Below, in pieces: positions 28,901 to 39,963 of a stretch of DNA of 64,000 bases. The first letter of the stretch is position 1. Every line of letters begins with the position of its first letter. Location of the stretch: assembly GCA_028023455.1 (NCBI GenBank), contig JAQFVV010000001.1, positions 31,000,001-31,064,000 on the forward strand, read 5' to 3'. The notes beneath the pieces are model-generated. The model saw nothing but the letters and a program-made list of their open reading frames with translations, did no database searches and was not told the DNA's origin. The DNA is from Epiperipatus broadwayi (Eukaryota; Animalia; Onychophora). The position numbers were made by a program, and so were the translations under genes.

Positions 28901-29812
28901 ATCATTCATCTAAACACAGCAGTATCTTTTAAAACAATTTTCATGAGTTTCACATGTGCTCACTTTTCATTTAAAACATTTTCTTATAAGAATGCTAAGT
29001 GTAAAAGCAGGGATATAAAACATACATTGTAATAAGTAGAAACATGATATATAATTAAATAAATTATCATTTGTACTTTTCCCAATCAATGAAAAGGTAT
29101 ACTTCTGAAAATTATTAAAATAGGCTTTTGATTCAAACTATATTCTCTTTATTAGCTATATATATAATACCTTGTAGTTTATTTACTGCTTCACACATCT
29201 CATCGCAATTGTAGATATTTTGAGATCAGTTTCTAATACAATACTATTGATAATATGATTATCTTTCAAAGAGATAATATGATAATTAAGTCAACCCACT
29301 GAAAGAAATATTGACTTGAAAAACATACAAATGATATTTTGTATAGAGTTTTTCATTTATTTTTAAAGATAGTGAAATAATTATAATGGAAGGACAGAAA
29401 ATTGGTTACATGTTTTGGAAGAAATGTCAATAGCAAGACAGATTTCTAGGGCTATATTTGGAAAATTTCAGAAGAATATAAACTCATCATGGTTAAGAAT
29501 TGTATTTATGAGATCAAACAAATTATTATTTAATTCCATTAATTCATAATAAAATCTGTTTATAATGTGATAATGTAGTTAATTTAGATTATCTGATAAA
29601 ACTGGCCTAATATGGATAACTTTATATCATAATTGATGATTGAAATATAATTTGTAATAAAATGAAGAAATCTAGATTAATATGCTTGATAAATAATAAA
29701 ATCTATGAATAAAGACTGTCAATGCTTTGAGACTTGTCTGAGTATGAACAGTTCAAGTAACTAAGTACTTTCTTCATATTTTCAAAAGTCGTTTTCTGTA
29801 AACTTGAGCAAT

Positions 29813-29948
29813 TCATGACTTTCAAATAGGACAGTATTATAAAATCTCCATTCCCAGACTTTTTACTATATTATTTAATATCATGACTTTCAAATAGGAC
29901 AGTATTATAAAATCTCCATTCCCAGACTTTTTACTATATTATTTAATA
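29813..29948. repeat. Perfect direct tandem duplication, 2 x 68 bp
   Basis: tcatgactttcaaataggacag...atattatttaata at 29813-29880 and 29881-29948, identical by eye. Confidence 0.95.
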
Positions 29949-30812
29949 TCCATTTATTACTCAAGCTTACAATAGATGTTTTTAAAGTAAGCTGAAAATA
30001 ATTACTCTTAAAAGAATATGAGTGAATAACTGACAAAGTGATATTGTTTTTAATTGAGTTATTTATTGATTGATAAGAGATTATGCATAATCATTATGGA
30101 GTTCTGGAGCCTAAAAAATCTCTGTAATTATAATTGTTACCAAATTATTGTAGATGTATATTTGATTACAATTATGTAATAAATCACATTGGGTATAGAG
30201 ATTAAAAATAGACATGATATTATTTTGGCTAGAGTATTAGTCATAAGACACAAAAAGCAGCATTACTTTGTAACTTTATTGTAAAAATGCTGCTTAATTT
30301 GGAAAAAAAATTATATCTTTCAGTTAAGAAAAGAAATGACATATATTTAAACATTTCTATAACAATGTTTTTAAATCCAATCAAATGATCAACATTTATT
30401 ATTATTCACAAAAATTAGAGTAGAAAAAAATTCATAAATAAATGTTATGCCTATATTCATTAATTGCATGTTGAACACCATATTTTCTATCAATTACTTG
30501 CTATATTTCTAAAGACCATATTAAGATTAAGCCAAAGTCCAGATAAAAATAAAAAATTTGTGAAAATCCTGTAGGACCAAAAAAAAAGTTTTAGTTAGTT
30601 CCTATTTTAGACAAAAAAAAATTTGCTTACATATTGCAAATACTATAATTTGCTAGGATAATGATACTCAGTTATGAAGATTTTTTTTAGAAATTCTTTT
30701 AAAAATCTTTATAGTGTTACATTATCTAAAAGATTTGGGATCTGCCACAGTAAACTTTGACTGAAGATCTATGAATCAAGAAAGAGGTAGCCAGGAAATC
30801 ATATACCTAAAT

Positions 30813-32038
30813 TTTCATTCCAATATCAGCCTTTCAAGCTAATTGAGCATGCGCCTTTTGAGAGTGTTAAATAAATGAATACTCTCCTCTTCAATCCAAG
30901 ATATAGTATTTATGCAGGAATAAAAAGAATCCCTCTTATTCCTACGACTCAAATTCTTTTATATGAGCAAATCTGAAGAACTGTTGAAGAAAGCGTGAGT
31001 AGATACTCACTTTAAATTACTATTTACGATGTTTTTTGACTGAAATGATGTTGGTGTAATTACTTAGAATTTACTAAATGTCATTCTTACTGAAACTTAA
31101 TTATGAGTAAATAAGCAAATATTTTATCTAGTGCCATGCTTGCAATTATATTTCAATCCAATATCAGCCTTTCAAGCTAATTGAGCACACGCCTTTTGAG
31201 AGTGTTAAATAAACGAATACTCTCCTCTTCAATCCAAGATATAGTATTTATGCAGGAATAAAAAGAATCCCTCTTATTCCTACGATTCAAATTCTTTTAT
31301 ATGAGCAAATCAGAAGAACTGTTGAAGAGAGCATGAGTAGATACTCACTTTAAATTACTATTTACGATGTTTTGTGACTGAATGACGTCGGTGTAATTAC
31401 TTAGAATTTACTAACCGTCATTCTTACTGAAACTTAATTATGAGTAAATAAGCAAATATTTTATCTAGCACCATGCTTGCAATTATATTTCATTCCAATA
31501 TCATCCTTTCAAGCTAATTGAGCACATGTGAATAAGAGGGATTCTTTTTATTCCTGCAAAATACTATATCTTGGATTGAAGAGGAGAGTATTCATTTATT
31601 TAACACTCTCAAAAGGTGCATGCTCAATTAGCTTGAAAGGCTGATATTGGAATGAAATATAATTGCAAGCATTGTGCTAGATAAAATATTTGCTTATTTA
31701 CTCATAATTAAGTTTCAGTAAGAATGACGTTTAGTAAATTCTAAGTAATTACACCGACATCATTCAGTCAAAAAACTCTGTAAATAGTAATTTAAAATTA
31801 GTATCTATCTACTCATGCTCTCTTCAACAGTTGTTCAGTTTTGCTCATATAAAAAAATTTGAGTCATAGGAATAAGAGGGATTCTTTTTATTCCTGCATA
31901 AATACTATATCTTGGATTGAAGAGGAGAGTATTCATTTATTTAACACTCTCAAAAGGCGCATGCTCAATTAGCTTGAAAGGCTGATATTGGAATGAAATA
32001 TAATTACAAGCATGGCGCTAGATAAAATATTTGCTTAT
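30813..32038. repeat. Fold-back array of a ~337-bp unit: ~2.1 direct copies then ~1.5 inverted copies, flanked by a 14-bp direct repeat
   Basis: Direct units start at 30813, 31151 and 31488 (tttca(t/a)tccaatatca...). The inverted array runs ~31530-32038. Flanks are atatacctaaattt (30801-30814) and atatacctcaattt (32037-32050). Confidence 0.93.
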
Positions 32039-33912
32039 ATACCTCAATTTTGTAGTGACTGCTTTATTAATTTATATGGCACTGATATTAACATAGATAT
32101 CTGAAGAAAGTCAAAATCTCTTAGTATTGCATTGGTTACTGTATGTTTTTTAGTGCAGCCAGTGTGGGCTAAAGCTTTGAATGATGATGCTCTTATAATA
32201 AAAGATGATCCTCCTTTTGACTAAATTAATTGTAGTAAGTGAATTACATATCTGAATACCTAAAGTCTTTGTTACTATTCTAAATAATATGGATTGTGAG
32301 GGCTTGCCACAAACTGAATATTTTAGTGAAAAACAGATACCCCAGTTACCTATCTTTTATTGCCTTGCTCCAAGGCATTTGCAATTTATATATTTAATTA
32401 GAATCTTTTACCTCAATACCAATAAATCAGGAATGTAGAGAAATCTGAAATATCTATGCCCAATAACAAAGAAAAGTAACAGGCACTAAATTGTTTATCT
32501 TCTGTACTAATGGTTTTTATAATATTAAATAAGAATGAGATTCTGAAAAAAATCCTGAATGAGTAGGTAAGATTAGATTAATTAGACAGTATTGCATCCA
32601 AGTTATTATTGTCAAAGATAATTTTTAAATCTGTTTACATTGCAATAATTGGTAATATGTTACCATTGATATATTTAATACTTATATGTATAAGTTTATT
32701 AAATATGGTGTTATTTGGCATTATGCATATGACATCTAGATAATACAAAAAACCCTTGGATTTAACAATGGAATAAAGTTTTAGAAGTATTAATTTGGTA
32801 AATATTTGGACTATCCTTGATATAGATTATGTATAGACATGATAGATAATCAATTGGGATTTTAATTCTTTTATTAATAATATACATGTTGAGACTAATA
32901 CTTCCATGAAAAAAAAATTATACTTTGATAAATATAATGAGAATAATAATGTTAAAATAACAATATAGCAGTTGAAGGCTTGATAATTTCATTTACTTCA
33001 ATAAACATAAAGCTATTTTGCAATGAGTATCGAGTTTTTTGTATGAAGATAGAGTATGTAATTTTTAAGGGATAAATCAAAGAGTGATTTGATAGATTTA
33101 TTAGAAAATCTTGTGATGTTTCTGATCTCACTGAATAATTTTATCTTTCTCTAAAAGACATGAAGATAAACACTGTTGACTAAATTGTGTAATAATTGAT
33201 TTGTATATTAAATTAATAATAATGTTTAATTTAATAAAAATAATTTTGTCCACAAAGAAAATATACTTTTCTATAAAATTTTTGACAAAAGTTAGATTAT
33301 ATTTCTACAGGTCAGATTAGAATAAAAGTATTGTGGTATCATTGAAGACCAAGGTTCTTGTTATCTTGTCAATAGTCATGAACAGATTTACTAAAATTCT
33401 TATTTAAACCATGCCTAATGCAATCCATCATAATGATAGAATGACAGATTTGAAAACTGTAAAGTTTCTGGATCGAAGATAAAATTATTTGATTAAATAT
33501 CACAAAACTTTCTGAACATTTATCCCTTCACTTACTTTCAATTACTAATAATTGGTTCTCTCACATGTTTCAATTTATTTAATCTACATAGAAGGTATAA
33601 TAAGCTGATAAATAATACCATCCTTAAAGAGGTTAGAGTGATTTTTTTTTTGCTTTTTTTATTTAATAAAATATAATAACCAAGTAAATTTATGAGCTCC
33701 AACAGGTGGCACAAAAAGTGCAATTGCAGTGTGCATCATATCATTAAACATTCAGTATTTTAACTATTTATTTTACAGTGTGGGTTTATAATTATACTAA
33801 ACAAAAGAGTGAGTAACTTTGTTTTAATACCTTACAAAATTTGGACTTTTATTCAAAACATTTAAGAGTGTAAATTGAAATTAGAACTGTAATTATTAAT
33901 GGAAAATTCAAT

Positions 33913-36210
33913 ATGGAGACTGTGAAGAATTCACAGGCTGAGAAGGACGACAAAAGGAGCAACTCTAAAAGCAAAAAAGTAGAACTAAAAAATGCTAACA
34001 GTTCACAAAAAACAATTAGAATATCTAAAAACATGGGAGAAAAGGAGGTAAACTTCCAAAAATTCTCACAGGGTAATAAAGAAAAAAGTTCAATTGCAAA
34101 AACTTTGAATGAAAATCTGATTCAATTTAATGTTACAGTAAATTCATGGGAAAAGAAAAAAAATGTGAATAAAAAATCTAAATCTGAGCAAATTCAAGAT
34201 AATATTCCAGTTATTGATAGACATCTGCAACTAACATCCAAAACTCAGGAGAGATTGTCAAGGAATAAGCCAGTTATTATGAAAAAATCCGTTAGAGGTT
34301 ACAGTAGAAAAAATCCAAAATTTTGATGCTAGAGAGGGTGCTTTACCGGAAGTGCCTGATCTACATGATTTTAAGACTGTTTCAAATAGAAAAAATGAAA
34401 TAAAAATATGATTTTGACAAAATATTCAAGTAGATTAAACTTAAACCAAATGCCTCAATCAAAGGAATCACCTTCAAAAATGTCCCATTGCAAAGATTTG
34501 GAAAGTCAATATCGTAAAGAAGGATTGAAAAAACAAGCACAAATTCTTAAGCATGACAAATGAAAATGCAATTCTCCAGCCTCATCAAAGATGCTAACAT
34601 ATAAAATAATGAAAAAGAAAATAGAACCAGATCAGAACACCAAATTTCTTATGCACAAAAGATGAAAACACAGATCAAAGATCGCAAGCAAAATAATTTA
34701 AATATACAAGGTGTAATAGAAGCTGAAAGAAGAGATATTGAAGCTGCACAAAGTATGAGAAAACACATGAGTGAGCTATCTCTTTAATTGATAGTGAGAG
34801 GAAGAAATAATGGACTGTCTGGGTGTAAACTCAGTAAGTACAAATACAAGAATGGATTAGGCTATATATGAGAAATTAATAATGGCCCTAATGAAAAAAT
34901 ACCTCCCATATTGTTTAACTTGTTCAGAAATTTCAATAGTCAATTCACACTAATTTTAACCACAACAAATGAAAATTACAACCTCAATCAATTTCCCACT
35001 GACAAATTTTTCTTGTTAATCAAAAATCAGAACCTTGGTGACTCAATCAAATGAGTTTTTCACCATTCCAATGGGAGGTATTTCATCGTAGAATTTAGCA
35101 ACATCATCCAGAAAGAAATTTTCAGACAAAACCATAATAGACACCTAATTAAAATCAATATGTTGAAACCTAGGATTGCAAATGGAGTCATCAGGAACTG
35201 CTACATGAATTTGAGGGGCAGTGATCTACAGAAACTCCTACTGAAGTATGGTAATATCACAGCTTTCAGATACCTCACAGAGAGGTCTGGGTTAGAACTT
35301 CTCTCTAACAGAGAAGCCTTCTCTCTAAAATTAGATGATGTGGTATCTCCAATTGATCTTCCATTGGTACTGGAGGAATTCAAATGCTCCATGTTCATGT
35401 CCATTCATAGTGAGCAATCAAAATGTTTCATCTGTGGAGACAGGATGCATCTGGTAAGATCATGTCCCAGCAAAAGCTGTCAAAATTGTGATATGAGAAA
35501 CAACAGACCTCACAGATGTGGGTCAGGTTCCAAAGATACTAAATTGGTTCCAGCCCCTCCAAGTGCATGCACAGCTTTCAAGAATCAGAAAGCAACAGAA
35601 ACTGCAATAAAAAGAACCTGTCAAATGAAGATGAAGTGGTGGATTTGATAGATATCGACTTTGAAATTATGACAAATGCCAGATTCTCAAGAAGCAACTG
35701 GAAAATTAGAACATAATAATAAGTATACTGACAATGAAATATGGTCAATAGTTGCAGATTCTAATCAAAGAGAAGCCTTGATTGTTACCAAAGATGAAAC
35801 ACTAGCATCTGCAGTAACTAAGAGAAAGACACAGGATTTCTCAACTTCACAGCAGGAAAGTGACTCTAACCCAACTTCATGTGCTGGCTCTGAGGAAGAC
35901 TATGAAAAAACCAAAGTGATGAGGCCCAGTAGCCCAAAAGGAAAATCAAGTAAAAAGATCTAGGAAATCTAGAACAATGGAGATTGAAGAAATTTGCAAG
36001 ATGCTTAAAGAACAGCATTGTTTATGTCCTGATAAATGCAACACTGAACTAGTCCAGCCTCAGAAAGTGACAGAAATAGATGTTACACAAATGAAGTCAG
36101 CAAACTGGACTTCAGTTGAATGCAGCAGTGCTTTTCTGGAGTTGGAAAAAATACAAAGTGATACTGATGAGTATAGCACACAAGATCAGGCCCCTATTCA
36201 GCAGCAATAG
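33913..36210 (+). pseudogene. Disrupted LINE ORF1 (gag-like nucleic-acid chaperone with zinc knuckle)
   Basis: Same-strand ORF fragments 33913-34326, 35160-35648, 35676-35963 and 35977-36210 lie immediately upstream of the APE start. One canonical CCHC knuckle and a second degenerate one are present. Confidence 0.7.
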
Positions 36211-38256
36211 CTGAATATTTATTAAAATTGGGGGAATAAATATGAGAGGGCTAAACTCCACACAAAGATTTATGCCCTTCAAAGATGGATTGACAACAAG
36301 GTTCTCCACATAATCTGCCTAAGTAGTAGGAAAATTTATCAGATTCACAGCCAGTCTGGAGTCCTGATCTATCACTCATCTAACACAGCCTCCTCTGGCA
36401 TAGCAATCATCATTAATAAAAACTTAAAGTTAGGTAGTAGTAGAACTCTTTACCTGATCAATGATTTGTTGATAATTAAACAATATCATCAATAACTCTA
36501 ATTTACATATACCTCCAGAGGGACTCTAGATTGGTCTCAGATACAATCAACAGGATATAGCCCAGAAATTTATCATGATCTGAATGAGAAAATTACAATT
36601 GGTGACCTACTCTGAGATCATTTAGCCATGTTAATTTGCCTTCAATCAGATCCTCTGTCACTGACTCCTTCGATCAACGCAAAAAACATCAGATTATTGA
36701 ATAAAGAAAATACACCTGAATGGATATTCTCAGAGGCATATATTCTCTTTCGTAAGGTACAGTTTCTATCCTTAGAGCCACTCCATGCATAGTCAGCATT
36801 TGTGGAAATCTTAGGTACTTTTATTAACACATTCACTAGTAGAACCAATGGGAACCCATAAGACTGGTTAAAGAGCTGGACTTTATAGCAGAGAGGGTCA
36901 GTGAACTGACAACTACAGAGGCTGGGGTGGAAGAGATCCTTAGCCTTAAGAAGCAGTATAGGGATAAGCAAAAGTTGCTGGAAAATTACATCACAGTAAA
37001 AAAGCCAAGATCTATTTATCTATAAAAAACAACTGGACATGAAGCTACTCAAAATGGGTGATTGATGCAAAGAAAATGCCAATTCCCTCAATGATATTTA
37101 TTGACAACCAAAATTATTTAGAAAGCTCAATGCTGAGCAAAAATCAATGACCATTTTAGAAGAAAATTACAAAGCTTCAGATTTGAAATAGGAAATGTTT
37201 GGCAGGAAAATAAAACAACTCAAGAGCATGCCATTACCAAAGAGAAAATACCCCAATGGCTGCCATCTTATCCTGAGAATGTCCATTTGGACTTCATGGA
37301 TTTTCATGATTCGTATTATTGCATTTGAGGAGATTTATAATTACAATAGACCATCGAGTCATTGATGTACTGGCTGGGGATTTTCAGACATCCCTGACCT
37401 ATACTCCATTGCACTTGTTTCATTTGTCAAGAAGCCACTAAACTCTTCTCCACTACTGAATATAAGGCCAATATCTGTAAGACCACTATTAATTAAAACT
37501 ATAAAGTCACTGGGTAAGGACAAGATTCAGCAGAAACTGATCAGTAAGTTTTCTTTGCAACAATTTACCTGCAATGATTCATCAACCAGTGAGGCTGTGA
37601 GGAGAATTGCCTTACTAATGGAGCACATAAGAACCAAGAAAGCATCTGGATCTATTGTGGTGCAGGCAGACTTTGCGGCAGCATTTGACTTCATGGTGCC
37701 AGCAGAACTATTTTCACTGCTTGAGCACTACAGAGTCCCAAAAGTTTATATCTGGATAATAGCCAATTTGCTGCTAAATAGATTTGTATATACATTCTTA
37801 CATGGCTCCTTGTGCTTCACCTTTGATACCAAGAGTCGCCACTCAGCATCTTATGTTTCATAGCCAATATCAATTCCCTGATAACAGCTATAGAGAAACA
37901 TCTACCAGGGGTATATGTCTCGGTGCTGAAGGAGGAAGTCCACCACATCTCATATGTGGATAATATCATTATCTTCCTCTTGTCACAAAAATATTTGTCA
38001 AAATTATACTATCTTCTGGACAAATACTCAGAAAGATATAGGCTGAAAATCAACCTTGAAAAATCTGCTACCTGGAAGATCTATGGGGGTTTAGTGATAC
38101 CTTCAAGATATTCAGGCAAGCCCCAATGCTTTCTGGAGTTCCCTATAGGGCTGTCCAGAACAGCTATGAGAAGAGCACTGCAGTGTAGAATACTGGAGAA
38201 GACCAAGAAAATATCAAGTGTTCTCTCAGAGATCTACTTGTCAATCCCTGGCAAGG
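36211..38256 (+). pseudogene. Disrupted LINE ORF2 (APE endonuclease-reverse transcriptase), truncated
   Basis: Motifs as listed for the element. ORFs 37555-37863 and 37923-38285 are RT pieces. Confidence 0.8.
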
Positions 38257-39907
38257 CTAGTAAGAAAAGCTGTAGAAGAAAATAAAAGTCTCAAGAATGT
38301 AAAACAACATTTTGGTATTGGTATAAAATCGGCAATAAAAAAAAATGGAATTATTACTAAAAAGATGACATCATGAAATGGGTAGAAGATTTTTATCAAG
38401 AATTATATAATAATAAAGAACAAGTACTTCCTATATCTATTACATCTTCCAAATTGCCCAGAATTTTAAATGAACAAGTGGGACATGCAATTAAATGTAT
38501 GAAGAAAGAAAAGGATCCAAGTGATGATGGAATTATAATTGATATATTAAAAGATGCAGATGAAGAAATAGAATTTTTTTTAGCAAAGTTATATACCAAA
38601 TTTCTAAATGATGAAGATGTACCAGTTGATTGGAAGAGTATAGTAATAATATTAATATTTAACAAAGGTGATAAAGAAGATATTAGAAATTACAGACATA
38701 TTAGCATTTTGTCAGTTTTATACAAAATTTTTGCCAAGATAATTACAACTTATCTACAGAGAACATTGGATTTCCACAAACCAAGAGGACAAGCTGGATT
38801 TAGAAGTGATTTTAGTACAGTAAATCATATCTAGGCATTGAGAGAAGTTATAGAAAATACAAATGAATATGAGTTGCCATTATTTTTTGGATTTGCAGAT
38901 TATAAAAAGGCATTTGATTCTATAAACATTTCTTCAGTGATTAAAGCATTGGATCTTCAAGGTATAGATCCAGGATATTGTCATATTTTAAAAAATATTT
39001 ATAAAAATGCAACAGCAATAATTATGATACTGGGAAAGTCAACATTGAGAAGGGTATAAGACAAGGTGACTCCATATCTCCAAAACTTTTTATAGCACTA
39101 CTGCAAGAAGTATTTTGTGGATTAAAATGGAAAACTAAAAGATTGAAACTAAGTAAAGATTATTTAAGTCATTTAGATTTTGAAGATGATGTAGTTGTTT
39201 TTGCAAATAATGCTTCAGAGCTGCAGGAAATATTGCAGGAGTTATGAAATGAAAGTAGGACTAAAGATAAATGTTAAAAAGACTAAAGTAATGTTTAATC
39301 GATTTGCTCAAAATATGAAAATAAACATTGATTAGGATGAATTAGAAGAAATTAAGATCAGATTATTAAAACAGATGGAAACATAATAGATGAAATTAAT
39401 CATAGAATTAAACTTGGTTGAAATGCTTTTGGTAGAAATAACTTGATACTAAAAGGAAATATACCTATGTGTTCGAAAAAAAAAAGAGTTTTTAACAAAT
39501 GTGTTTTACCAGTTCTTACTTATGGATCTGAGACTTGAATAGAAGAGCAATACAGAGATTTCAGAACCCTCAAAGAATTATGGAGATGCATGTTGGGAGT
39601 AACAAGAAGAGATTGAAAATGCAATGTATGGGTAAAAGAACAAAGAGGTGTCACTGACCTCATTGAAAAAATTAAAAAATTGGAGTTGGACTGTATATGT
39701 TGCTAGAAGAGATGATAATAGATGGACAATTAAAATCATAAACTGGATTCCAGGAGATTATAAAAGACCCAGAAAAATACCACATGTGAGATGGATGGAT
39801 GAAATAAAAAAGTGTGCAGGGGTGAAGAGGAGAAGAGAAGCTAAAGATCAGAGAAGATGGATTGAACGTGGAGAGACCTTTATCCTGCAGTGGATTGATA
39901 ATGGTTG

Positions 39908-39908
<1 letters not shown>
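38257..39908 (+). mobile_element. 5'-truncated RTE LINE (linker, RT, 3' end)
   Basis: Reads LVRKAVEENKSL, KWVEDFYQELY, KGDKEDIRNYRHISILS, QAGFRSDFST.NHI, FADYKKAFDS, RQGDSISPKLF (~39060), LDFEDD, VLPVLTYGSET, W..YVARRDDNRW and FILQWIDNG*. It is followed by a TA tract. Confidence 0.92.
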
Positions 39909-39949
<41 letters not shown>

Positions 39950-39963
39950 CAACCATTATCAAT
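39894..39963. repeat. Perfect 70-bp palindrome centred on (TA)n
   Basis: attgataatggttgatttt-(TA)n-aaaatcaaccattatcaat. The 19-bp arms are exact reverse complements. Confidence 0.95.

Larger units (their letters stand above)
33913..38256 (+). mobile_element. Decayed L1/Tx1-clade LINE (ORF1 + ORF2 through RT), 3' end missing
   Basis: ORF1 fragments have an RRM-like stretch (IRNCYMNL...LLKYGNI) and a CX2CX4HX4C knuckle (CFICGDRMHLVRSC, ORF 35160-35648). ORF2 reads WGINMRGLN (~36228), SGIAIIINKNL, DHLAM, NIRPIS, QADFAAAFDF, IP-Q(G)SPLS, SYVDNII and LSIPGK. Confidence 0.85.

Noticed and set aside
30813-32038. CRISPR array or coding repeat
   Set aside because: Whole 337-bp units repeat with no unique spacers, there are no cas genes, and there is no ORF.
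33311-33482. Short ORF MPNAIHHNDRMTDLKTVKFLDRR with nearby AG/GT sites
   Set aside because: Too short, with no homology and no supporting partner exons.
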